From: an uncultured delta proteobacterium
GTDB taxonomy: Bacteria > Desulfobacterota > Zymogenia > Zymogenales > Zymogenaceae
Reading direction: 5' to 3'
NCBI GenBank assembly: GCA_963792965.1
Contig: CAWBYW010000007.1
Span: 576,001 to 640,000 of the forward strand
Length of the DNA: 64,000 nucleotides
Shown here: piece after piece, positions 10,599 through 21,642 of the stretch
Layout: every line of letters starts with the position of its first letter
Position numbering within the stretch: position 1 is the stretch's first letter
Made by a program: the position numbers and the translations under genes
The notes under the pieces: generated by a model
The model's input: the letters and a program-made list of their open reading frames with translations, nothing else
Database searches by the model: none
What the model was told of the DNA's origin: nothing

Positions 10599-12573
10599 AT
10601 GAAGAAATACACCCTGAAAAAGACCGAGACAACAGGCGTTCCTTCTTTCACCATACCCTATGAACAAGAGCTTAACCCGAGCCAGCTTTCCGCCGTCACG
10701 TTCAGTGAGGGTCCGTCCCTCGTCATCGCCGGGGCGGGCAGCGGCAAGACGCGGACCCTCGTTTACCGGGTGCGCGTACCTCATCGAAAAGGGGATTCCC
10801 CCCTCCTCCATCCTCCTGTTGACCTTTACCCGCAAGGCCGCCCGCGAGATGCTCGACCGCGCGGCCAGGGCTCGTCGGGTCGAGCACCGAAAAGGTGGCC
10901 GGCGGCACCTTTCACTCGTTTGCCTCCCAGATACTGCGGGAGTTCGCCGGGGCGATCGGCTTTTCCGCCTCATTCTCTATCCTCGATCGGCCCGATTCCG
11001 AGGACATCATCAACCTTATCCGCGGGCGTATGGGGCTCAATGAAAAGGAGCGGCGCTTCCCCAAGAAGGAGACGATCGGGGAGCTCTTCAGCAAGGCCGT
11101 CAACCGCGCCGTTCCCGTCAGCTCCATCGTGGAGGCCGAATATCCCCACTTCGCCCACGAGACCGAGAAGCTCCTGGAGATCCTGGCGGCCTATACCGTA
11201 GTATAAGCAAGACCACATGCTCATGGACTACGACGACCTGTTGGTCTGGCTCGTAAGGCTGCTTACCGAGCACGAGGGGATCAGGGAGGCGCTCAGGAAG
11301 CGCTTCCGGTATATCCTCGTCGATGAATACCAGGACACCAACGGGCTCCAGGCCCGGATCGTCGAGCTCCTCGCGGGGAGCCCACCCAACGTCATGGCGG
11401 TAGGAGACGATTCCCAGAGCATCTACTCTTTTCGGGGCGCCCACTTCAAGAACATCATGGACTTCCCGAGCCTCTTTCCCAACACGAAGATCATCATGCT
11501 CGAGGAAAACTACCGGAGCACGCAGTCGATCCTCAACCTGGCAAACGTCATCATCGACCGCGCCCGGGAGAAATACACGAAGATTCTCTGGACGAAAAAG
11601 GGAGCCGGTTCCCTGCCCGCCCTCGTGCCGGTGCCCGATGAGTCGGCACAGTCGCGGTTCGTCGCCCAGCGAATCCTCGAGCTACGCGAAGAGGGCGTGC
11701 CGCTCAACGAGATTTGCGTGTTGTTCCGTGCGGGCTTCAACTCTTTCGATCTCGAGATCGAGCTGAAAAAGCGAAACATCCCTTTTGTCAAACACGGCGG
11801 CTTCAAGTTCATGGAGACCGCCCACGTCAAGGACATCGTCGCGCACATCAGGCTCATCGTCAATCCGAGGGATATCGTGGGCCTGAAAAGGGTGCTCCTT
11901 CTGGTGAACAACGTCGGTCCGCGCGCCGAGGAGGCCATCACGTCGTCGGTCCTGGCGGCGCCCATCGATCGTCGAGGGGCTCTCCCCGTTTGCGTCCGAC
12001 CGGCGCTTCGGCGAGGGCATCGGGCGTCTGATCCGGGTGCTCGAGCCCTTTCAGGACGAGAAGGTCAACCCCGCCGAGGCGACCGAGCGGCTCATCGACT
12101 ACTACACCCCCATCGCCAAGAAAAGGTTCGACGACTACCCCAAGCGCATCGAGGATCTCGAGCATCTGGCGATCATCGCCCGGAAATACCGGACGGTCGA
12201 TTCGTTCCTGACCGACATGGCCCTCGAGCCGCCCACCGACAGCATCTCCGATATCGTTCGAGAGGACCCCGATCGCGAGTGGCTAGTCCTCTCCACGATC
12301 CACTCGGCAAAGGGACTGGAGTGGCACTCCGTCTTCATCATCTGGGCCGCCGAGGGATATTTCCCCACGACGTACGCCGCCGAATCGGTAGACGACCTCG
12401 AGGAGGAGCTGCGTCTCATGTACGTGGCGACGACCCGGGCAAAGGAGAATCTCGTCATCACCTACCCCATCAAGATCATGACGCACCGCGGGATCGCCTT
12501 TGCCCGCCCTTCCCGGTTCATCGAAGACATCGGGCAGGACATTATGGAAACCTGGCTTGTCGAGGAAGAGTGA
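10599..12573 (+). CDS. UvrD/PcrA-family ATP-dependent DNA helicase (several frameshifts)
   Basis: [68 protein letters not shown] and [14 protein letters not shown] spread over consecutive ORFs. Confidence 0.9.
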
Positions 12574-12642
12574 CGGGAAGGGCGAGCTCTTCCGCTTCGC
12601 TACCAATCCCGTCCCCTCTACCGATAGGTGGGAGATCAAACT

Positions 12643-14185
12643 ATGGATGAAAGCCTCTCTTCAAGACTGCCGAAAGTGACCGTTTCCGCCGCAGACCTTG
12701 TCACCCTTAAGACGCCCGCGCTTGTCCTCGGGATCTTCGAGAAGAGCGAGAAGCTTACCGGCGATGCACAGCGGCTGGATGCGGCGCTCGGCGGGAAGAA
12801 TACGTCGCCTCATCGACGCGGGCGATTTTTCGGGGAAAGAAGGCACAACGTCCCTCCTCTATACCGACGGCGCCGTACCTGCCGAGCGGATCTGTCTCGT
12901 GGGCCTCGGCAAAAGGGATCGGTTCGGCCCCGACCGCCTCAAGGCCGCTGCGGCCGTCGCCGTGCGCCGCCTTGCCGACCTCGGCGTCGAGTCGGTCGCC
13001 CTCCCGGCCGGTCTTGCCGCATCGACGGGCATCGATCCGTCCGACGCCGCGCGGGACGCGGTCTGCGGCGCGGCCCTCGGCGCCTATTCCTTCGATCTCC
13101 TCAAGGGAAACCACGAAAAGAAGAAAGGGATCCGACCAGATCACGGTCGTGGGAGACGCCGCGATCGCGAAAGGGGCGACGGAGGGCCGCATCATCGCCG
13201 ATGCGGTCTGGGTCGCGCGCGACCTCGACAATACGCCGGCCAACCTCATGACCCCCACGATACTCGCCGAGCGGGCGCGCGAGATCGCGATAAAAGAGCG
13301 GCCTCCAAGTTAGAGGTATACGGCAAGAAGGAGATCGAGGCGCTCAACATGGGGGCCCTCCTCGGCGTGGCCAGGGGGAGCAGCGAGCCCCCCGTCTTCA
13401 TCGTGGTGAAGTATCTCCCGAAGGGTAAGGAGAAGAGCCCCGTGGCGCTGGTAGGCAAGGGGATCACGTTTGACAGCGGCGGGATCTCGCTGAAGCCCCC
13501 CGAGAATATGGACAGGATGAAGACCGACATGAGCGGAGCGGCGGCGGTATTGTGCGCGGTCTCGGCCGCGGCGCGCCTGCGCCTTCCCATCGGGGTCGTG
13601 GGCGTGATACCCGCCACGGAGAATATGCCGGGCCCCGGCGCCACAAAGCCGGGCGACGTCCTGACCGCCATGAGCGGGACGACCATCGAGGTCATCTCGA
13701 CCGACGCGGAAGGAAGGCTGATCCTTGCCGACGCCATCACCTACGCAAAGAAATTCGGGCCGCGGGCCGTCGTGGACATCGCCACGCTGACGGGCTCGGC
13801 CGTCATCGCCCTCGGTGGGCGCGTGGCCGCCCTCTACTCGTCCGATAACGACCTCCTCGAAAAGATCAAAGAAGCCTCCCGGATTTCCGGCGAACAGGTC
13901 TGGCCGATGCCGCTTTTCGACCACTACTTCGAGAGGATCAAGGGGGACGTCGCCGATCTGAAAAACGCCGCCGGCCGCGATGGCGGGAGCATCACCGCCG
14001 CCGCGTTCCTGAAGACCTTTGCGGGCGACGAGATCCCGTGGGCGCACCTCGACATCGCGGGCACCGCCCGCGCCGAAAAGGGTTACGACTGGGTAGCGAA
14101 GGGCGCAACCGGCTGGGGAGTCATGACCTTCATCTTTCTCCTGTCGCTACTATGCCGAAAAGTAACGCACCTTCACATTAATTAA
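12643..14185 (+). CDS. pepA: Leucyl aminopeptidase, M17 family (frameshifted)
   Basis: VGKGITFDSGGISLK, MKTDMSG, STDAEGRLILAD, DIATLTG and WAHLDIAG; ARDLDNTPANLMTP in an adjacent frame. Confidence 0.9.
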
Positions 14186-14209
14186 TGATACTTTCCCTCC
14201 AAAAAGTGA

Positions 14210-14240
14210 TTGACATTCACCTCCTTTTTCTCTATATAAC
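14210..14240 (+). promoter_or_regulatory. Putative sigma70 promoter for the fadD-like gene
   Basis: TTGACA (14210) followed at 17 nt by TATATA(AC). Confidence 0.5.
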
Positions 14241-14401
14241 GATATACGAAATATTCTCGTTTTCCGGCTCACCGGGTCCTTGCTGACGGCGTCTCTCGCC
14301 TGGATCGCGGACAGACGCGCCCAACCACGTTATCGCCGCCCCGTCGGCCACAGACGGCGGGGCGATCATCCATACACCTGATTATCTCAAGGGAGGATTT
14401 C

Positions 14402-16077
14402 ATGAAAGACAAGCTCTGGTTTAAATCCTATGTCCCCGGTGTGCCCAAGACCATCAACTTCGAAAAGACCCTGGTCACCGAGGCCCTCGCCCGGTCGGCG
14501 AAGAATTTCCCCAACAACACCGCCCTCAACTATATGGGGAACCGGATCACCTACAAGAAGCTCAACGACATGGTTAACCAGTTCGCCAGGGCGCTGGCCG
14601 ATCTCGGCGTCAAGAAAGGGGACAAGGTCGCCGTTTGCCTCCCGAACCTCCCGCAGACAATCATCAGCAACTTCGCGATCCTCAGGCTCGGGGCCGTCGC
14701 GGCCCAGAACAACCCGCTCTACACCGAGCGCGAGCTCGAATACCAGCTCAACGACTCGGACGCGAAGGTCGTCATCACGCTCACGCTCCTCGTCCCCCGG
14801 ATGCAGAAGATCGCCCCCAACACAAAAATAAAAAAGATCATCGGCTGCCACATCCACAGCTACCTCCCCTTCCCCAAGAAGCAGCTCTTTCCCTACGTCA
14901 AGAAGGCGATGTACAAGGAGATCGAAAAGGCCGACGGCCTCTATCTCTTCGAGGACCTGATCAGGAAGTACGACACGAAGCCCGTGCCGGAAGGCGGCAA
15001 ATGGGAGGAGCTTTCCACCCTCATCTACACCGGCGGCACGACAGGCGTCTCCAAGGGGGTCATGCTCTCCCACAAGAACATCAGCTGCAACGTCCAGCAG
15101 TTCATCGCCTGGTTCCCGAGCCTGAAGCCGGGCGGCGAGCGCCTCGTGGGGACGTTCCCGGTCTTCCACTCGGCGGGCTACACCGCCGTCCAGAACTACT
15201 TCACCTGGCAGGCATACGAGCATATCGTGATCCCGCGCCCCGACCCCAAGGCGATGATCGACCTCATCAAGAAATATAAGCCGACGTTTCTTGCCCGGCG
15301 CCCCGACGATCTTCGTGGGCCTTCTGAACGACCCCGAGTTCAGGAAGATGAACCTTTCATCGATCAAGGGGTTCTTCTCGGGCGCGGGCCCGCTCGCCGC
15401 GGACACCATCCGCGACCTCAAGGACCTGACCGGGGCGACGCTCTGCGAGGTCTACGGGCTCACCGAGACGACGCCGATCGCCACGGTCACGCCGTGGGGC
15501 GGCGTCATAAAGCCCGGCACGGTCGGCGTCCCGGTCCCGGAAACGGACATCAAGATCGTGGACGCGGAGACGGGCAAGAAGGAGATGAAGACGGGCCAGA
15601 CCGGCGAGATCGTCATCAAAGGCCCCCAGGTCATGATGGGCTACTACAAGAAGCCCGAGGACACGCAAGAAGGTCCTGGTCGACGGCTGGCTTTTCTCCG
15701 GGGACATCGGGATGTTCGACGACGACGGCTACCTGTCGGTCGTGGACCGCAAGAAGGACATGATCATCGCCGGCGGCTACAACATCTACCCCGTGGAGAT
15801 CGACAACATCCTCTTTTCGCACCCCAAGATACTGGAGGCCTGCACGATCGGCGTGGCCGACGCCTACCGGGGCGAGACGGTCAAGGCGTTCGTCGTCGTC
15901 AAGCCGGGCGAGACGCTGACCGAGGACGAGGTGAAGAAATTCTGCAAGGATAATCTCGCGGCCTACAAGGTGCCACGGTTCGTCGAGTTCATCCCCGAGC
16001 TCCCCAAGACCGCCGTTGGCAAGATATTGAGAAGGAAGCTGCGCGACATGGAGACGGCGAAGGCCGCCAAGAAGTAG
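14402..16077 (+). CDS. Long-chain acyl-CoA ligase, FadD-like (two frameshifts)
   Basis: IYTGGTTGVSKG, EVYGLTET, VDRKKDMII.GGYNIYP and LPKTAVGKI. Confidence 0.9.
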
Positions 16078-16102
16078 TCGGACGGTTTGATGTGGATATA
16101 AC

Positions 16103-16133
16103 GAGGCGGGCGCCCTTTCGGGCGCCCGCCTTC
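16103..16133. terminator. Intrinsic terminator hairpin between convergent genes
   Basis: GGCGGGCGCCC-TTTC-GGGCGCCCGCC followed by a pyrimidine run. Confidence 0.7.
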
Positions 16134-16168
16134 TCTATTTCCCCGACCGTCGCCGGGGATTCTTTGTT

Positions 16169-16254
16169 ACGTCATTGCGCCAGAAAGCACAACCCGGCAA
16201 TCCCTCTGTATGGCGTTGGGATAGCGAACCGCCTCCCTACGCACGCAATGACGT
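16169..16254. repeat. GTCATTGCG...CGCAATGAC palindromic element (family A)
   Basis: Terminal inverted repeats ACGTCATTGCG/CGCAATGACGT and inner GCAATCCC/GGGATAGC. Confidence 0.75.
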
Positions 16255-16272
16255 AAGGTCCGCCTCGGTTTC

Positions 16273-17262
16273 TCAGCTCACCATCTTGCTGGTCTTGGCC
16301 AGGATCGCAGACGCGTCTGCCACCATCGAGTCCAACAGCTCCTTGACGGTCATGACCTTCTTGATGAGCCCGATGGACTGGCCCACCATGAGCGGCGCGT
16401 AGTTGACGTCGCCCGTCTCCCACGCCTGCTTGATCCTGATGCCGGAAAGGAGCGGGATCAGCTCCTCTAACTTTCCGTTCCTCTCCTCGATGGCGATCAC
16501 GTCCTTGATGACGTCGCTCATGAGCGCCCGGCCCTGCAGCCCGATGGAGCGCCCGAAGATCGTCGTGTCCATCTCCTGCCGGCGGCAGAGCTCGTTTTTG
16601 ATGTTGTCGTGGCAGGGGCACTCCTTGGTGGCCACAAAGCGGCTTGCCATCATGACCCCCTGGGCCCCGAGCGTCAGCGCCGAGGCAAGGCCCCGCCCGT
16701 CGGCGATGCCGCCCACCGTCACCACCGGGATCTTCACCGATTCGGCGATCCGCGGGGTCAGGATCATCGTCGTCACGTCGTCGCTGAGGGGGTGGCCCCC
16801 CTCCTCGATGCCGGCGGCGTAGATGCCGTCATACCCGACCTTCTCGGCGTGCACCGCGTGCCTGACCGCGCCGACCTTCTGGAACATCTTGACGTTGGCC
16901 TTTTTCAGCGTCTCTATGGCGTCCATCCCGAGGCCGCGGTCAAGCGGCGCGCCGGAGATCTCCACGCCGGCGATCTTTTCCTCGGCGCAGATCTTGACGT
17001 ACATGGCGTGGTGCTCGGCCGTGATGCGGAGCGAGGGCAGGATCGTGATCCCCACCATGAAGGGCTTGTCGGTGAGCTTTCGCGTCTCCTTGATGGCCTT
17101 TCTGAACTCGTCTGCCGTCTCGTAGTTGCCCGCGGTGAGGTTGCCGATCCCCCCGGCGTTGGATATGGCCGCCGTCAGCGGCGGGATCGAGAGCCACATC
17201 ATCGAGCCGCAGAAGATCGGGTACTTGACCCCAAACATCTCGGTGATAGCCGTCTTGATCAT
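16273..17262 (-). CDS. Nitronate monooxygenase/FabK-like FMN oxidoreductase, copy 1
   Basis: MIKTAITEMFGVKYPI, ISNAGGIG, GIEEGGH, VGGIADGRG and GVMMASRF. Confidence 0.85.
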   Translation of the reverse strand: MIKTAITEMFGVKYPIFCGSMMWLSIPPLTAAISNAGGIGNLTAGNYETADEFRKAIKETRKLTDKPFMVGITILPSLRITAEHHAMYVKICAEEKIAGVEISGAPLDRGLGMDAIETLKKANVKMFQKVGAVRHAVHAEKVGYDGIYAAGIEEGGHPLSDDVTTMILTPRIAESVKIPVVTVGGIADGRGLASALTLGAQGVMMASRFVATKECPCHDNIKNELCRRQEMDTTIFGRSIGLQGRALMSDVIKDVIAIEERNGKLEELIPLLSGIRIKQAWETGDVNYAPLMVGQSIGLIKKVMTVKELLDSMVADASAILAKTSKMVS

Positions 17263-17323
17263 CGATGCCTCCTGATTGTCCGATGTATATCTATAGTACA
17301 TGCAGAATAACCTATTACAGACT

Positions 17324-17441
17324 GTCATTGCGAGCGAAGCGAACGGCAATCCCATGACTGTCTGATCGGTACCCGGAATACCCCGCGTTTCTATTCGATC
17401 GTCAGGGGATTGCTTCGTCGCTGCACGCTCCTCGCAATGAC
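17324..17441. repeat. Family A palindromic element
   Basis: GTCATTGCGAG...GGCAATCCC...GGGATTGCTTCGTCGCT...CTCGCAATGAC. Confidence 0.85.
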
Positions 17442-17454
17442 GGCATAGGCCGAC

Positions 17455-18441
17455 CTACTTTAGCTTCCCGTTCGCCATGATCGTGTTGAGGTTACTTAGC
17501 GACGCCTCGGCCTCACTCACGATGTCCGCCATGATCTGTTTGATCGTCTTGATCTCGTCGATGACGCCGATCCCCTCGCTCACCGAGATGATGCCCATCT
17601 CCACGTCGCCGCTGTTGTAGGCCTGCTTGCCGAACTTGCCGGCGGCATAGGTCAGGATCTCCTCGAGCGTCGTCCCCCGCGCCTCGATCTCGCGGACCTT
17701 TTTGGCGGTCTCGTTGTTCATGACGCGCATGGGGTTCTTGATCGAGCGCATGACCAGCGCCGTGTCGTTCTCGGTGGAATCCAGGATCCACTGTTTGAAG
17801 TTGTCGTGTATCGGCGTCTCTTTGGACGCGAGGAACCGCGTCCCCATCAGCACGCCGTCGGCCCCGAGCGCCAGCGCCGCCAGGAACCCCCGCCCGTCCA
17901 CGATCCCGCCGCCCGCGATGACCGGGATATTCAGCACCCGCGTGGCCTTGTTGACCAGGATCATCGTGGTGACGTCGGCCATGCCGAGGTGCCCCCCGCC
18001 CTCGAACCCCACGATGATCACGGCGTCGGCCCCGACCTGCTCGGCCTTTTTGGCGAACCGCACCTGGGTGATCTTGTGGATAAGGGGGACGCCCGCTTTC
18101 TTCGTCAGCGGGATGAAGGGCTCGGGGGAGCGGCCGGCCGTCTCGAACGCGGCGACCTTTTCCTCTATCCCCATGCGGACGATGTCGAGCATCTGCTCGC
18201 CCGGCGACACGTCCGGCAGCATCGAGATGTTGATGCCGATGGGGCCGTCGGTCAGGTCGTGCGCGCGCCTGACTTCGGCTCTCAGCGCCTCCGTCGACTC
18301 GAACGAGGCCGAGGGCAAAAAGCCCATCCCGCCGGCCTCGGCCACCGCCGCGACCATCTCGGCAAACGAGACCCAGTGCATCCCGCCCATGAGGATGGGG
18401 TATTTGATGTTGAGAAGCTCCGTGATTCGGGTCTTGATCAT
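17455..18441 (-). CDS. Nitronate monooxygenase/FabK-like FMN oxidoreductase, copy 2
   Basis: MIKTRITELLNIKYPILMGGM, GFEGGGH, AGGGIVDGRG and GVLMGTRF. Confidence 0.88.
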   Translation of the reverse strand: MIKTRITELLNIKYPILMGGMHWVSFAEMVAAVAEAGGMGFLPSASFESTEALRAEVRRAHDLTDGPIGINISMLPDVSPGEQMLDIVRMGIEEKVAAFETAGRSPEPFIPLTKKAGVPLIHKITQVRFAKKAEQVGADAVIIVGFEGGGHLGMADVTTMILVNKATRVLNIPVIAGGGIVDGRGFLAALALGADGVLMGTRFLASKETPIHDNFKQWILDSTENDTALVMRSIKNPMRVMNNETAKKVREIEARGTTLEEILTYAAGKFGKQAYNSGDVEMGIISVSEGIGVIDEIKTIKQIMADIVSEAEASLSNLNTIMANGKLK

Positions 18442-18735
18442 ACTGCCTCCGGCAGGGTGTGGATGGAGTATCCGGTTCCTGTTATCTTGTGACGAGTCTG
18501 TTCACTGTAATGAAGTCGCTGTCGTTATAGCCGAGAAGCTTAAAGTATAACTTCATGCTTTAAGTCTATAGCAGATATAGCAGGGCTGAAATGGGTTGTC
18601 AAGAGATTTTTTTGAGGGGAGGAGAAATAAGGGGGATGCGGCGGCCTGCGGGGCCGATAAGGAGTACCGAAAAAAGGGCTTGCCCGGCAGAATATTCGTG
18701 ATATAGTAAAAGAACCAATATTTGGGAGGAATGCT

Positions 18736-19108
18736 ATGAAGTCATTAAGACTGTTGCTCGTTCTGGTTATTGCCGTTGTCATCGCTATGGCGTTTATGAC
18801 CGGGTGCGAGAAGGCGGCGGGCGTAAAGGACGCCTTTATCACAAAGACCCAGGCGACCCTCGACGACTACAAAGCCAAGGTCGACGACACTGTCCTCCAA
18901 GGCGGCTATGCTGCCCAGCCCGACCAAGGAAGCGGCCATCGCCAAGATCGACGCGGTAAAGGGCAAGATGGACGAGGCCAAGGCCAAGCTCGAGGAGCTC
19001 AAAGGGGCCAGCGCCGACAAGTGGACGTTGATGATGAGCGATATCAGCGCCCTCGTCGTGCAGATCGGCACGCTCTATGGCGAGGCCGTAACTGCCGTCG
19101 GCAAGTAG
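18736..19108 (+). CDS. Small helical lipoprotein (frameshift near 18905)
   Basis: GGAGG RBS, signal peptide with lipobox FMTGC; coiled-coil-like continuation in ORF 18908..19108. Confidence 0.65.
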
Positions 19109-19136
19109 CGCCATTTACGTACGAAGCTCTGAGTCA

Positions 19137-19167
19137 GGGCGCCCGGGATAACCGGGCGCCTTTTTTA
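19137..19167 (+). terminator. Intrinsic terminator
   Basis: GGCGCCCGG-GATAA-CCGGGCGCC followed by TTTTTT. Confidence 0.8.
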
Positions 19168-19277
19168 TGTTTAGGGCTAACGATAAGGCGGAAAGGGAAT
19201 GGGGAGGAGAGAGATTTTTTACGTGGGAGGAAGAAATGAGAGGGGACAAAAGGTGAGCCTTTAGATCTACGACCAGA

Positions 19278-19961
19278 CTATGCTACTGGTGGGAAAACGC
19301 CACTCGGTATGTCGAATTCCTTTAGTCCGCCAGAATTACAGGCGTAACTAAAAGAATACTTTCCAGAATTCTCTCGAAAGTATAGTACGCCGCTTAAATA
19401 AAGGTGACTGTCAAACAATCCGTTTTTCTTATTTGACACGCATTGCTGGATTTCCTCAAAATGCATTGCCGCATTTGAATCGAATAACGACACTACGTAG
19501 GGTCTCTTTAGTTTTTCAACAAGATTGCGATACGTATCTGCTTTTTGCTCAATACAATTGTAGAGGCGTCTAACGTTATCCTTATTTTCGTCTCGCCAAA
19601 AGAATTTCCACTCTCCTTCATTTCCTTCGTCTAGGTGTTTCTTAATTTGGCTATCCGTGGTTTTGTCGAGATGAAAATTAGTTAATTCGATAATGCAAAT
19701 TACCTGAAAGTTGTCGTCAATAATACTCCAATCAGGAGTCTTCCCATTAACAGGATAATCGTTCCGCACCTTAAAACCGTTTGAAGAGAGATAAGCCCCA
19801 AGAATTAGTTCCCGAAGGGTGTGCAAAACCTGATCAAGATTATGTGGCTGCTCGCGAAATTTCTTAACGAACTTTCTTTGGTCAGCCTCGGAGATAAATT
19901 CAAAACAACGATAAATTGTGTCATTAATACTATTGTTTAGCGCAATTTGTTCGTACATCAT
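19278..19961 (-). CDS. AT-rich hypothetical protein, possible PD-(D/E)xK nuclease fold
   Basis: 227-aa ORF with ELILGAYL...GKTPDWSI...IIELTN spacing resembling restriction-endonuclease-like cores. Confidence 0.55.
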   Translation of the reverse strand: MMYEQIALNNSINDTIYRCFEFISEADQRKFVKKFREQPHNLDQVLHTLRELILGAYLSSNGFKVRNDYPVNGKTPDWSIIDDNFQVICIIELTNFHLDKTTDSQIKKHLDEGNEGEWKFFWRDENKDNVRRLYNCIEQKADTYRNLVEKLKRPYVVSLFDSNAAMHFEEIQQCVSNKKNGLFDSHLYLSGVLYFRENSGKYSFSYACNSGGLKEFDIPSGVFPPVA

Positions 19962-20067
19962 GTCTTTACAGCTATCGATATAAACCGCACGTCATCAACT
20001 CTATAAAATTGGAAATAGGTCTCCGCTCATGACTTAAATCAGAGGATACAGCGTCGTTTGTTTACCA

Positions 20068-21087
20068 TCACTTTTTCTTTTTCTCCTTCCTCTGTTTTTG
20101 ATTATGCAAGCTGAATTCAAGCGCGGCCGTTTCAATTTCGCCTTTGGCGAACCTCTTTATGAAAGGAATCAGATCATTAGAATACTGAGTAGAACCTACC
20201 GCATCTGAATGCCAGAACAGATTTGGCTTATTCTTTATGTCATACTTCCAAACGATCGCTTGAAATGTGTGTGCTGTAAATTTCGCTCCATTAACAACCG
20301 AACCGACTTTTTCAAGAATATCTTTTCGCCGCAACGGGTGAGATATATTAGGGTCTACACGGCGTTCTACGACGAGGACATCCTCGTCTGTTACAGAAGT
20401 TCTGACACCTGTAACAATGTCCGCCTGGGTTATTTTCTTTACTGACTGAAAATTCACTTTGAATACGGTTAAAAAGCGGTAGGTATCAAATTTTCTTGCT
20501 TCAAGTTCTTGTGCTGTCCTCGATACTTCTCTTATAAATTGGACCACTGCTCTGCTAGTAGGTGGACTTGTTTCGACTTTCCGAATAAACTCAATTGGGT
20601 CTGGTCTGCTGGTAAAAGAAAGCGGTAATAGGTTCAGGGTCATTTCATTAGATATATCAACGTTGAATATCGAAAGCATTAGATCTTTATAGTTAACTAT
20701 GCACGTTTGGGCCAGCCCATAGATCATGACTCCAAAGCCGGGCTTATTATAGAAATGTATTGAATTATTCCGATATGTTTCCAGAATTCTTATATTTTCG
20801 GCTACCGGTTCATATGGGATACTGTCCGGGAAAAACCTTCTCGCCTTAAATATCGCATCACGAAGTGCAAACGTACGGTGGGGTACACCCCTTTCCTTTG
20901 GGTAATATATATGTTGTTTGTTCTTCGATATTATTGCCTTAAGTAATAGTTCCCACGCATTAAGAAGTAAGATAGAAAAACATTCATCACGATAGGAGAT
21001 TTGCGGTTTATTATAGATCTCAATAGCCGCGAGAATTGCAGCTTTTGAGTTGTTCCGGAGCGCTTTGTACGATCCTCTCAGGTTCAT
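20068..21087 (-). CDS. DUF3644-family protein with HEPN-like Rx4H motif
   Basis: SKAAILAAIEIYNKP..YRDECFSILLLNAWELLLKA is the DUF3644 N-terminus; YRNNSIHF motif; AT-rich. Confidence 0.75.
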   Translation of the reverse strand: MNLRGSYKALRNNSKAAILAAIEIYNKPQISYRDECFSILLLNAWELLLKAIISKNKQHIYYPKERGVPHRTFALRDAIFKARRFFPDSIPYEPVAENIRILETYRNNSIHFYNKPGFGVMIYGLAQTCIVNYKDLMLSIFNVDISNEMTLNLLPLSFTSRPDPIEFIRKVETSPPTSRAVVQFIREVSRTAQELEARKFDTYRFLTVFKVNFQSVKKITQADIVTGVRTSVTDEDVLVVERRVDPNISHPLRRKDILEKVGSVVNGAKFTAHTFQAIVWKYDIKNKPNLFWHSDAVGSTQYSNDLIPFIKRFAKGEIETAALEFSLHNQKQRKEKKKK

Positions 21088-21327
21088 TTGAATACTCGAA
21101 AAGACAAAAGGGGTCGACTCTTCGTTTAGTTCTTATTCACCAGAATGAGATGAACGCGGACACCTTCTCTTTTCCCCTAGTTGAATTATATTCAAAATCG
21201 TAACGCAAATCAAATAGAAAAGTTTACATATATTGTATATTCAGTCGGTTCTACGATTTAGCCCCGCCGCCGGGCCGGGGCCGGGGGGCAACGGGAGCAC
21301 AGCTCTCCCCTATAGGTGAGGTATATA

Positions 21328-21639
21328 TATGACAACTACAACAACTATACGCAACAATCCGTTGGGAGGCGGGCGATGACGGGTCGTTGAGAAGGAGTGA
21401 ACATATATGTTACGTTCTATGGCCCTTCTCATCTACAGGTGACCCTCTCATATATATAACAACTACGACAACCAACAACTAAGGGACCCCTGTAGAGGAT
21501 GAGGCTTATAACAACTATACTCAAGACAACCCGCGGGTTGGCGTCTATGGTTGTATGGTTGCGAAAGCCCCGAAATCGCCACAACCATGGACTTGATTGA
21601 TATCATTGCCTTATTAGGGATAGTTGTGTAGTTGTCATA
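21328..21639. repeat. About 310-bp segment with 20-bp terminal inverted repeats and seven ACAACTA units
   Basis: TATGACAACTACAACAACTAT (21328) versus ATAGTTGTGTAGTTGTCATA (21620). Confidence 0.7.
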
Positions 21640-21642
21640 GGA

